From an uncultured Actinomycetes bacterium (GTDB taxonomy: Bacteria; Actinomycetota; UBA4738; HRBIN12), in assembly GCA_963704885.1 (NCBI GenBank), contig CAVPIB010000017.1, positions 1-24,021 of the forward strand: a stretch of DNA of 24,021 bases. Reading direction: 5' to 3'. The notes below the pieces were generated by a model that was given only the letters and a program-made list of their open reading frames with translations, ran no database searches and was not told where the DNA came from. Shown here in pieces: positions 9,072-18,174 of this stretch. The position numbers and the translations under genes are program-made. How positions within the stretch are numbered: position 1 is the first letter of the stretch; each line of letters starts with the position of its first letter.

Positions 9072-10464
9072 ATGGAGGGGCCGGCGCCTGGTGCGCCCGC
9101 TCGGTCGAGTGCCCTCGACCTGGCCTCCGCAACGCCCGCCACGCGGAACCGCTACGTCGACCTGATCCGTGTTGTCTCGATCGGGGTCGTCGTTCTTGGC
9201 CATTGGATGATGGCGGTCCTGGGCTACTCCGACGGATCGTTCACCGGGAAGAACCTGCTCGAGATCGCTCCCGGGTTGCAGATACTCACCTGGATCTTCC
9301 AGGTGATGCCGCTCTTCTTCATCGTGGGAGGATTCTCGAACGCGGCTTCGTGGTTATCGTCCTCGTCCCGCGGCGAGTCGTACGGTGACTGGCTTCGGGC
9401 CAGGTCGACCCGGTTGATCCGGCCTTCGCTCTGGTTCGTCGGCTTCTGGACGTTGTTCCCTGTGGCCGCCGTCGCGTCGGGGCTACTTTCGTCGGGTGTC
9501 GCCAGGGTCGGAGGGGGCGAGGTGGCTCTTCCCATGTGGTTCCTGGGCGTGTACCTGCTCGCGATCCCCGCGGTGCCCCCACTGCTCGCTGCGCATCGCA
9601 GGTTCGGGGCTCGCGTCCTGATCCCGCTCGCCGGGGGTGCGCTCCTGGTCGATTCACTTCGTTTCGGGCTGGACGTGACCGCTCTGGGGGTGGCGAACTT
9701 CGCGTTCGTGTGGCTCGCGATGCTCGAGCTCGGGTTCCTCTGGAGGGACGGGGCCCTGCGCCGACCCCCATGGCTGCCATGGGCCATGGCCGGGGGCGGG
9801 CTCGCGACGCTCGGGTTGCTGGTCGGCTTCTTCGACTACCCGGTGTCGATGATCGGGCTCACCCACGGCATCCGGTCGAACACGCTTCCACCGTCGTCGG
9901 CCTTGCTCGCGCTCGGTGTGTGGCAGTGCGGTGCGATGTTGCTCTTCGAGCGCGCGGCCAACCGATGGCTCGCGAAGACTCGGCCGTGGGCTGCGGTGAT
10001 CGTCGCGAACTCGATGGTGATGACCTTCTACCTCTGGAACATGACGGCGGTCGTCCTGGGCGGCGGTCATCTTGTTCCCAACGGGGCTGGCACCGCAGCC
10101 TAACCCACTCAGCACGTCCTGGTGGTGGCTACGGCCGGCGTGGATCCTCGCCTGCGCGATATGCCTGGTGCCGTTCCTGCTGGTGTTCCGGTGGGCTGAG
10201 CGACCGGTTGGGGCTACGGGGCGATATCCGAGTGGTGGCGCGGGTATCGTGCTCGCCTTGGCGGGAACGGCGGCGGCTGCCGCCGGGTTCACGATCTTGA
10301 CGACCCAGGCCTTCCCGGTGCCCGGCGAGGTCGTGTTGATGCCATCGATCGGCGTCGCGAGCGTCGTGCTCGGTGTCGCGTTGATGAAGGTGGATCCGAT
10401 CGCCCCTCTACGCGTGGAGCGACGAGCGAGTCACTCCGGCGGCGCCTCTTCCTCCGCTTCTTGA
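9072..10464 (+). CDS. Acyltransferase family 3, paralog B, interrupted by a +1 frameshift at the GGG run 10058-10060; ~463 aa when corrected
   Basis: TPATRNRYVDLIR...VVLGHW, TWIFQVMPLFFIVGGFSN, MWFLGVY, MTFYLWN; deleting one G gives AVVLAAVILFPTGLAPQP...WWWLRPAW, joining ORFs 9072..10103 and 10072..10464 and matching the C-terminus of paralog A. Confidence 0.85.
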
Positions 10465-10709
10465 TCAGACCCGCCGGCGAGCTTGGCTTCGAGGGCTTGG
10501 ATCTCCTCGACCAGCCGGTCCGCCTCAGCACCGGCGGGTTCGCCCCCGCTCCGTTCCTTGACGATCAGGTAGCCGAGTTGCTCCGCGAGGCCGTCCGCCT
10601 TCTTCCGAGTCTGCGAGTGCTCGACCTTGCCCTGGACCTGTGCGGTCCCCTTCTTCGCCTCTTCGGCGACCTTGCCCGCTGCCGCCTTCGCCTTGTCCAG
10701 GAGTCCCAT
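10431..10709 (-). CDS. Small helical hypothetical protein, 92 aa
   Basis: MGLLDKAKAAAGKVAEEAKK start behind AAGGAGGA SD; K/E/A-rich amphipathic composition unlike GC shadow ORFs; 3' end overlaps the convergent acyltransferase by 34 nt. Confidence 0.8.
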   Translation of the reverse strand: MGLLDKAKAAAGKVAEEAKKGTAQVQGKVEHSQTRKKADGLAEQLGYLIVKERSGGEPAGAEADRLVEEIQALEAKLAGGSDQEAEEEAPPE

Positions 10710-10798
10710 CGCGTCCTCCTTCGCACGCTCGTCCGGCATCCCTGATGGATGCTCCGATCGAACTGTACCCGCGCTCGGCTAGGTAAGGCGATGGCTCA

Positions 10799-11329
10799 TC
10801 AGAGGCGGCGCGCTATAGCCATGGTGATCACGGCGATCAAGAGCAGAGCCAGGCTCACCCGCGCAAGCACCTTCAGTCGGTCCTGGGTGGCTCCGATCTC
10901 GGCGGCGACCTCGGGCGAGGGAGGACCTCCCGACTCCGCCACTTGACGTCCCAAGGCCAGGAGCCGTTGCACCTTGGGGCGGGTGCCGGTGATCGCGATC
11001 CCCAGGGCGATCAGCGAGGCAACCATGCCGACGGTGATCGTCGCTCCGAACGACGAGCCGATCCAGTCGCCGAAGCTGCTATGCAGGTGCCAGTCGCGCC
11101 AGTAGAGGAAGAGTCCGCCCGTCACCGAGATCATCGCGAGCACGAGGATGCGGTCGACCAGGCGCCGCTTGCCCAGTAGTTCCGCCATGAACGGTGCTCC
11201 GGCCGGAGCGATCGCCGCTGCGCTCGGCTGCACGTAGACGACGAACAGGAACACCGATCCGACCCAGAGCACACCGGCCAGGATGTGCACTATCCGGAAC
11301 GCGACCATGTACCAGCTGATCGAAAGCAC
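10799..11329 (-). CDS. Four-TM membrane protein of unknown function (DUF2269/CopD-like first helix), 176 aa
   Basis: RIVHILAGVLWVGS motif, four hydrophobic segments, SD GGAGGG upstream of the GTG. Confidence 0.78.
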   Translation of the reverse strand: MLSISWYMVAFRIVHILAGVLWVGSVFLFVVYVQPSAAAIAPAGAPFMAELLGKRRLVDRILVLAMISVTGGLFLYWRDWHLHSSFGDWIGSSFGATITVGMVASLIALGIAITGTRPKVQRLLALGRQVAESGGPPSPEVAAEIGATQDRLKVLARVSLALLLIAVITMAIARRL

Positions 11330-11347
11330 TGCCGATCCCCTCCGAGT

Positions 11348-11395
11348 CGGTGCCCGGCGCGTACATCAACACGCCGGACACCGGTTCACAACATA
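11348..11395 (-). promoter_or_regulatory. Putative -10 (TATGTT) followed by a 15-bp 5'-UTR hairpin
   Basis: TATGTT at 11395-11390; stem 11383-11369 pairs with 11362-11348 with two G-U pairs that form only on the minus strand. Confidence 0.55.
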
Positions 11396-11426
11396 TGCGG
11401 CTCGCGGCCCTCGGCCGCGGCCCAAC

Positions 11427-11714
11427 TCACATCTTCGACATGATCCCCCGGACCTCGTCCGCTTCGAAGGCGCGCATCGTCTGCGAGCGCACGTTCCCCA
11501 GGGACGAGACCTTGGCCAGGAACGCGACGGCGGTCTCATCGTCGGCGAACTCGGTGATCGCCACCAGATCGCACTGGCCCATCGTCCAGTAGACCTGGAG
11601 CGAGCCCCCCATATCGGCGGCGAGCTTCTGCGCGGCCTCCGCACGATCCACGGATTGGGCGGCGCTCTTCGCCCCCTCGTCGGTCCAGTTCAGCAGGCTG
11701 ACGTACTTCGACAT
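11427..11714 (-). CDS. GYD domain-containing protein, 95 aa
   Basis: MSKYVSLLNWTDEGAK, YWTMGQCDLV, GNVRSQTMRAF pattern; SD GGGAGG and TAGGAT -10 upstream. Confidence 0.88.
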   Translation of the reverse strand: MSKYVSLLNWTDEGAKSAAQSVDRAEAAQKLAADMGGSLQVYWTMGQCDLVAITEFADDETAVAFLAKVSSLGNVRSQTMRAFEADEVRGIMSKM

Positions 11715-11788
11715 ACCGACCTCCCATTCCTCGGGGTCGAACCCATCCTAGGACAGTCAGCGAACCCGTGCCCAGGGGCGACCGGCCC

Positions 11789-14700
11789 CTAACCGCCCAG
11801 CATCCTGAACGGCTCTGGTGTGTACTCGCCGAGTACGCGCATCCACTCGAGGCTAAGCAGGTCCCGGATCACCGGATCGTCCTTCGATAGCCAAGAAAGG
11901 TGTCGCAGGCCATGCTCGATCACCTGGGTCACGTCGATCCGCGTGGGCGCGCCGTGGGAGCTTCCGCGAGCCAGGTCCGTGCGCTGCACGTCGTCCTCGC
12001 CCCAACCGTCGGCGCCGTGGGGCACTACCGCCAGGTATGTGAGCACGACCCGGTCGCCCTCGGTTCGCCACGATGTTGAGTGGACGGCGATCGGTTCGAG
12101 CCCGCCGGACGCGAGTTGCGCCAGCACTACGTCGCCCGGGTGCCCGTCCGTGGTGCTCGCCACGCGAAGCGGGTGATCCTGGCCGGCCGCTCGCAACCAA
12201 AGGAGCGCGGATCCGCGGAGCAGGACGGGGAAGACCTCGACGATGCCGTCCCCTCGGCCGCGTTGGGCCAGATGCTCGATCGTGCGGATGCTGGCCTGCG
12301 CTGAGGCGGCGCCGGGCGGCATCGTCTCCAGACGTGTGGCCATACCGGCGATCACCCGGTCCGTCGTTCGTGAACTCCCGGCCAGGAAAGACGCGAACGC
12401 TTCCGCGCCAAAGAGCACGACCCGGGTCTCCGGGTCGGCCTCAGCCCGCCAGGGGGGATCTACGCCGGCGAGCGTCTCGACGCCGAACACCTCACCCGGC
12501 CCGACGCGGGCGATCACCGCCTCGCCTTCGAGCAGCCGAACGAGGCCGGCGTCCACACCGATGACGACCTGGCCGGTATCGACCGGCCCACCGTCGACCA
12601 GGTCTCTCGCGTCGCCCTGGTCGGAGACGGCGGTGAGCACGGCGGCGTCCAGATCGGCGAACCACGCGTCCATCGGCGACGACAGGAGCGACGCGACCGG
12701 GCTACGAGCGACGTACGTCGCTCGAGTTTCATCTTCGGGCGCCGTCGTGGCGATCGCGCGAACGATCCCGGCGGAACGGGCGCGGGCCGCGGCGGCGGCG
12801 ATCATGTGACCGCGGGTGGAGAGCGCGTCCGCCTGGAGTGCGGACGCGCGCCACTGCAACATCTGGTCGCCGCGGCGTTCCGCCGCGGCGACCACCCCCC
12901 GGGCCACCTCCTCGACATCCCCGCCCTCGCGGGCATCGGCCAGAGCCCGGCCGTAGACGGCCCAATCGGCCAGACCGAGCGCGTCGTCGCCGGCTCCCTC
13001 CGCCAGGTGCGCGGCTGCCGTCCGGATCGAGTTCGAGTCGCCGTGCTCCTCAGCTGCCAGCAGCTCGATCCAGGAGTTCCAAACGACGTCGAGCTCGACC
13101 CCGCCCGCTTCTCGCAGGCCCTCCGCGAAGAGATCGGCGGCCTTCGCTGGGTCGCCGTCCATCAACGCGAACCAGCCCTCCCAGGCGAACGAGCGCGGCC
13201 TGTAGAACGATCCGCCGAGTGATGCGGAGATCTCCTCGCACCTATCCAGGTCCGCACGCAGCCGGTCGACAGCTCCCAGCTCCGCCCACGCATGCATCCG
13301 GACGGACCGCTGGGCCAGGTCCATCCGCGGTGTGCGCATGTCGGCGGCCAGCTCGATCGCGTGGGTGGGGTCGGCCGCCGCCGCCCCCAGATCGCCGAGG
13401 ACCAGCTGCGCCATCCCTCGGGACATGGCGAACCCCTCGTCGCGTCGGTTGCCCAGCTCGCGACATCCCTCGATCGACTCGTCGAAGGCGGCCAGGGCCG
13501 CGTGCAGCTCCCCGCGGAGCCAGTGGGCCCAAGCCACCATGTAGAGGTTGTGGAACACCATCGGCCGCTGGCCCAACGTCCGGAACGCGCGGTCGGCCTC
13601 CAGTCCGTCGGCGAGCGAGCGAGAGAACGGCCCCAGGAAGAACCGCGTCTCGCACAACCCGTGCAGCGACATGGCCTCGCCGAGCGCGTCCCCGTGCTCG
13701 CGCGCGACGCGGATCGCTTCCTGATGGTGGGCGAGCGCCTCGTCGAAGTGAGCGCGACCGAACGCGAGCGTCCCCGCCGTGTAGAGCAGGTGCGCGACCA
13801 GATCGTTGGCGCCGGCCGCGCGTGCGTGCTCGAGGGCGTGAGCCAGCACGCCCTCGCCTTCGTCGTAGCGATCCTCCAACCACAGCACGTGCGAGAGCGC
13901 CGCGAGCGCCCGCGCCTCGTCGGCCGGCAGCCCGGCGCGACCGGCTGCATCGCGCGCGGCCTCGTAGTCGGCCTGAGCTTCCTCGAACCGACCCAGTTGT
14001 TCGCGAACCTCGCCCCGGGACAGCAGCAGGCACGCAAGCACGTCGTCGGCTGCGACCTGCGATGCGAGCGGGACCGCTCGGTCGTAACGGTCGATCGCCA
14101 GCTCTGCGGCGAACGTCTTGCGCGCTCGGTCGCCGGCGCGCATGAGCGCCGCCAGCAGCGGCTCCCGGAGCGACGCTTCATCGTCGGTCCGCCCGAGCTC
14201 CACGGCCAGGTCGGCCGCGAGCACCAGGTGCTGGGCGGTAGCGTCGGCCAGATCCTCGCCGCCCGCGTGCTCGTTCAGCCACTCGGCCACAGCTCGATGC
14301 TTGGACATCCGGACGGCTCGCGGGATGCTGGCGTAGGCGACGTCCCGCACCATGACGTGCCAGAACGCAAGCTCCCTCTCGTTCGCCATCGTCGAGGGTG
14401 TCGAGGGTCGCACCAGCTCCCTGCGGATCAGGTCGTCGATCATCGAACCGACCTGCGTGGCATCTCGATCCCCGAGCGCCGCGAGTACCCCCGGCCAGAA
14501 CGCACGACCGACCACTGCGGCGTCCTGGACGAGCGACTTCACATCCGGTGACAGGGTGTCGAGCCGCGCGGCGACCAACGCCTGAACGGTCGCGGGCACC
14601 GCTGTAGGGTCCGCGGCGCTCTCGCCCTCGCGGACCGACGCGGCCAGCTGCTCGGCGTAGAGCGGGCTGCCTCCTGCCCGTTCGAGGACGGCCGCGGTCA

Positions 14701-16094
14701 TCTCGGGAGAGGCATCCGGCAGCACGGTCGAGACGAGCGCGGCGACATCCCGGTCGGCCAGCGGCGGCAGGGACAGGACCGTGGAGCGGCGCGCGCGCGT
14801 GAACCACGACGGGTGTCGGTCCTCGACCGCGGGTCTGGCCGTGACGACCACCAGGAGTGGGAGCCCCGCGGTTCGATCGGCGACGTCGGCCAGGAACCCA
14901 ACGAGAGCGTCGTCGGCCCAGTGCAGGTCCTCGATCACCACGACCGCGGGACCGTCCGCGGCCAGCGACTCCAGGAAGGTCCGCCATGCGGAGAACGTCT
15001 CCGCGCGATCCATGGCCGCCTCCGCGTCCAGACCGACGAGCGTCGCCAACCGCTCCTGGACCCACGGACGCCGGCCGGGCTCCACGCCGGTCAACGCCTC
15101 CCGCAACTTGGCCTCCACCGCTTCCGGCGCGTCGGTGTCCAAGATCCCTCCGTGCGCCTTCACGATCTGGGCGAGAGCCGCGAAACTTCCCCCGTCGCCG
15201 AACGGGAGGCAGCGACCCTGACGCCAGACGGGGCCCGACGCACCCTCGGCGGTGGCACGAGCAAGCTCGCGGACCAACCGCGACTTGCCCATCCCCGCGT
15301 CCGCCACGATCGTGACGAAGCTGGTGGACGGATCCTCCGCCGCCCGTCGGTAGAGCTGGTTCAACAGGCCGAGCTCCAGGTCCCGTCCGACCAGCGGACC
15401 GGCGTCCGAGACGTCCCCGCCAAGTGGGGACGCTCGCTCCCCGATCACCCGCCAGATCGGCACCGGGGCGGCCTTTCCCTTGACCGCCACGGGTTCCAGT
15501 GCCTCAAGCTCGAAGTCGCCGCGCGCGGCCCCGAACGTGGCCTCCCCGACGACGATCCCCATCTCGGGCGCGACACCCTGAAGCCGCGAGGCGGTGTTCA
15601 CCGCGTCGCCGGTGACGTAGCCCTCGCCGGCCTCGGGCCGCGCGTCCATGGCCACCAGAACCTCGCCGGTGTTGATGCCGATCCGCACCCGCAGGCCGTC
15701 GCCGCCCGTCTCGAGCGAACGCGATATCGCACAGGCCCGCTCGGATCGCTCGCTGCGGATCATCCTCGTGCGCGATCGGCGCACCGAACACGGCCATGAC
15801 GGCGTCCCCCACGAACTTCTCGACTGTGCCCCCCAGCCGCTCGATCTCTCGGCGCAGGAGCTCGTGGTAGGGCTTCAGCAGCGATCGGACATCCTCAGGA
15901 TCGGCCCCCTCGCTCGATGCGGTGAACCCGACCAGATCGCAGAACAAGATCGTGACGACCTTGCGCTCGTCACCACGCGTCACCGGCTCCGTATCGGCCA
16001 GCCTCGAGCCACAGCTGCCGCAGAAACGGTTCCCGTCGGGGTTAGGTGCGCCGCACGAGGGGCAGTCGTCGGCCGAAGGTGGTCGATCCGTCAC
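11789..16094 (-). CDS. Double zinc ribbon + class III cyclase + STAND ATPase + TPR + degenerate cNMP-binding domain + Nudix-like C-terminal domain; +1 frameshift at ~15731; ~1434 aa when corrected
   Basis: ORF 15504..16094 gives CPSCG..CGSCG, LFCDLVGFT, VEKFVGDAVMA, HEDDPQRAIRAGL; removing one base at ~15731 continues AISRSLE..LRVRIGINTGEV, GDAVNTASRL, ADAGMGKS, VVIEDLHWAD, GGSPLYAE, TPR-like repeats, VIARVGPGEVFG, and a terminal VHSTSWR...LTYLAVV...HGLRHLSWL domain. Confidence 0.88.
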
Positions 16095-16105
16095 GTTTCG
16101 GGAGC

Positions 16106-16732
16106 CTAGCGACCGGGGGAGGGGAGCGTGAAGCGCTCAGCTCTGGCCGGGGATCGCTCCACCGTGGCCAGGGCCTCGATCTGGGTGACCGTGCGGTCTA
16201 GCTCGTCGATCAGGCGGGAGTCGAAACCCTCGAGCGAACGATAGATGCCGACGAGGGTCCGGTAGTACCAGAGCGTGCCGTCCCTGCCGCCGGTGAACCG
16301 CTCGAACACCCCGACGCCTCCTGTGCGCAGATCCGTCAGGATCGAACGAGCGTTGTGGACCTTGTCCGCCACCGAGACCAGGAGCGCGTCGGGCGGCGCG
16401 CTCGGCAGGCGGGCCAGGTACTCCTCCTTTCGCCGTCGCCACGGCGGCTTGGGCTCCTGCGTCGTGTCGGTGCATGCCTCTACGATGTCGGCGACGCCTC
16501 GCCCGAACCGCGCGCGGATCTCCTCGAGCCGCGGAAGGCCGCCCTGGTCCTCGACGGCGTCGTGCAGGAGCGCGGCGATGGCCTGAATCTGGGTTCCGCC
16601 CTCCTCGATCACGAGCGACGCGACACCCAGCAGGTGCGAGACGTAGGGAACCTCACTCGCCTTCCGCTCCTGCGTTCGATGGATCTCGGACGCGTAGACC
16701 AGCGCGTCGTCGAAATCCGGTCCGAGCTCCAC
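16106..16732 (-). CDS. HD-domain hydrolase, RelA/SpoT hydrolase-like (Mesh1 / small alarmone hydrolase type), 208 aa
   Basis: A.EIHRTQ.RK...PYVSHL, AALLHDAVED, FG..VA.IV...TD, W..RK, VSVADKVHN; no synthetase domain. Confidence 0.88.
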   Translation of the reverse strand: MELGPDFDDALVYASEIHRTQERKASEVPYVSHLLGVASLVIEEGGTQIQAIAALLHDAVEDQGGLPRLEEIRARFGRGVADIVEACTDTTQEPKPPWRRRKEEYLARLPSAPPDALLVSVADKVHNARSILTDLRTGGVGVFERFTGGRDGTLWYYRTLVGIYRSLEGFDSRLIDELDRTVTQIEALATVERSPARAERFTLPSPGR

Positions 16733-16754
16733 GACCGCAGACTATCCTTTGGCC
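16733..16754. promoter_or_regulatory. Bidirectional leaderless promoter with overlapping -10 elements
   Basis: Minus-strand TAGTCT (16744-16739) is 6 nt from GTG 16732; plus-strand TATCCT (16743-16748) is 6 nt from GTG 16755; the hexamers share the TA at 16743-16744. Confidence 0.7.
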
Positions 16755-17891
16755 GTGTCGATTTCCGTGCTCGTCCTCGGTGCCGGTTTCGGGGGGCTGG
16801 AGCTCTCAACCCGCCTGTGCGAGGAGCTCGGCGATCAGGTCGAAGTGACGCTGATCGATCGTTCGGACGCCTTCGTATTCGGCTTCTCGAAGCTGGACGT
16901 GATGTTCGGCCGGAAGGCGCTCGATGCGGTCCGGCTGAGCTATAGCGAGATCACGACACCCCACCTCCGGTTCCGCCAGGAGTCCATCACCGCGATCGAA
17001 CCGGATACCCGGCGGGTGACGACAGACCTCGACACCTACGAGGCCGACATCTTGGTGGTGGCTCTCGGCGCCGACTACGACCTCGAGGCCACGCCCGGGC
17101 TGGCCGAAGCCGGCAACGAGTTCTACTCGGTGCCGGGCGCCGAGGTCCTGCGCGATGTGCTCCCGTCCTTCCGATCGGGCACGGCGATCGTGGGCGTGTG
17201 CGGATCGACGTTCAAATGCCCGCCGGCGCCGAGCGAGACGGCGCTCCTCCTGGACGGATCCCTGCGGGAACGCGGGGTGCGCGACGCTGTCAGGATCCAG
17301 GTCGTGATCCCGTTCGGCTCGCCGATCCCGCCGTCGCCTGCCACCTCCGAGGCGATCGTGGCTGCGTTCGCAGAACGAGATATCGAGTTCGTGCCCGATC
17401 GTCGGGTCACCGCGCTCGACCCGAACACGAAGGAGGCCGTGCTGGACGACGGCGGACGGCTGCCCTACGACCTGTTCTTAGGCATCCCGGTGCACCGGGC
17501 GCCGGCGGTGGTCGTGGACTCGCGTCTCACTCAGGACGGCTGGATCCCCGTGGACCCGTCGACCCTCGCCACCCGGTTCCCGGACGTCTACGCCGTTGGC
17601 GACGTCACGAGCGTGGGCACCCCCAAGGCCGGGGTGTTCGCCGAGGGCGCAGCGCGAGTCGTGGCCGATCGACTGATCGCTCGGATCCGCGGGGCCGGCG
17701 AGCCTCCCGGCTACGACGGCACGGGCTCCTGTTACATCGAGTTCGGAGGCCAAGAGGTCGCGCGCGTAGACGTGGACTTCTTCTCGACCCCGGGCCACCC
17801 GACCGGATCGTTCGTGGCGCCGTCCGCGGAGATGACCGCCGAGAAGGCCGAGTTCGGATCCAGCCGGCACGCTCGCTGGTTCGGCGCCTAG
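16755..17891 (+). CDS. FAD-dependent oxidoreductase, sulfide:quinone oxidoreductase (SQR/FCSD)-like, 378 aa
   Basis: VLGAGFGG, LVVALGA, FKCPPAPSE, VYAVGDV, PKAGVFAE, GSCYIEFG (two candidate redox cysteines). Start moved from TTG 16749 to GTG 16755 on promoter geometry. Confidence 0.85.
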   Translation: MSISVLVLGAGFGGLELSTRLCEELGDQVEVTLIDRSDAFVFGFSKLDVMFGRKALDAVRLSYSEITTPHLRFRQESITAIEPDTRRVTTDLDTYEADILVVALGADYDLEATPGLAEAGNEFYSVPGAEVLRDVLPSFRSGTAIVGVCGSTFKCPPAPSETALLLDGSLRERGVRDAVRIQVVIPFGSPIPPSPATSEAIVAAFAERDIEFVPDRRVTALDPNTKEAVLDDGGRLPYDLFLGIPVHRAPAVVVDSRLTQDGWIPVDPSTLATRFPDVYAVGDVTSVGTPKAGVFAEGAARVVADRLIARIRGAGEPPGYDGTGSCYIEFGGQEVARVDVDFFSTPGHPTGSFVAPSAEMTAEKAEFGSSRHARWFGA

Positions 17892-17898
17892 GCGCTGA

Positions 17899-18174
17899 TC
17901 ACCTCTTGCGGTGGGCACCGTTCGATGCGAACGCGAAGCCCGCTGGCGAATCGTAGGCGCCCACGAGTTGGGGGAGTTCCACGCGGAGCGTTCGTGCATC
18001 GGGTCTCGAAGGGGGAGCGACGTCGGCGCCGGCCGGGCGACCCAGCCGCTGGAGCGCCAGTCGCCGCAGCTCTGATTCCACGTCGGCCGCCGCGGGTACC
18101 GGGGCCTCCGCCAGTCGGCCGCGGAGCCCATCGGTGAGTCCATCGAGCGGGTTCCTGGCGGTGGATCCAGCCAT
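17899..18174 (-). CDS. Small hypothetical protein, 91 aa
   Basis: ATG 18174 preceded by AAGGAGGA SD; fills the gap between the SQR-like gene and the SulP pair; no recognisable motif. Confidence 0.55.
   Translation of the reverse strand: MAGSTARNPLDGLTDGLRGRLAEAPVPAAADVESELRRLALQRLGRPAGADVAPPSRPDARTLRVELPQLVGAYDSPAGFAFASNGAHRKR

Noticed and set aside
10050-10070. Programmed ribosomal frameshifting or phase variation at the frameshift sites
   Set aside because: No slippery heptamer or long homopolymer/SSR at any of the three sites; the longest run is GGG.
11403-11419. Short hairpin CGCGGCC-ctc-GGCCGCG after the GYD gene as a terminator
   Set aside because: Only 7 bp, all G/C, with no U-tract; easily chance at this GC content.
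5751-16094. Calling the cyclase-STAND genes an anti-phage system (Pycsar, CBASS or Avs)
   Set aside because: No TIR, nuclease, SIR2, protease or 2-4TM-cNMP effector is adjacent and no defence-island context is visible; the architecture matches the widespread actinobacterial cyclase-STAND family. Not excluded, but unsupported.
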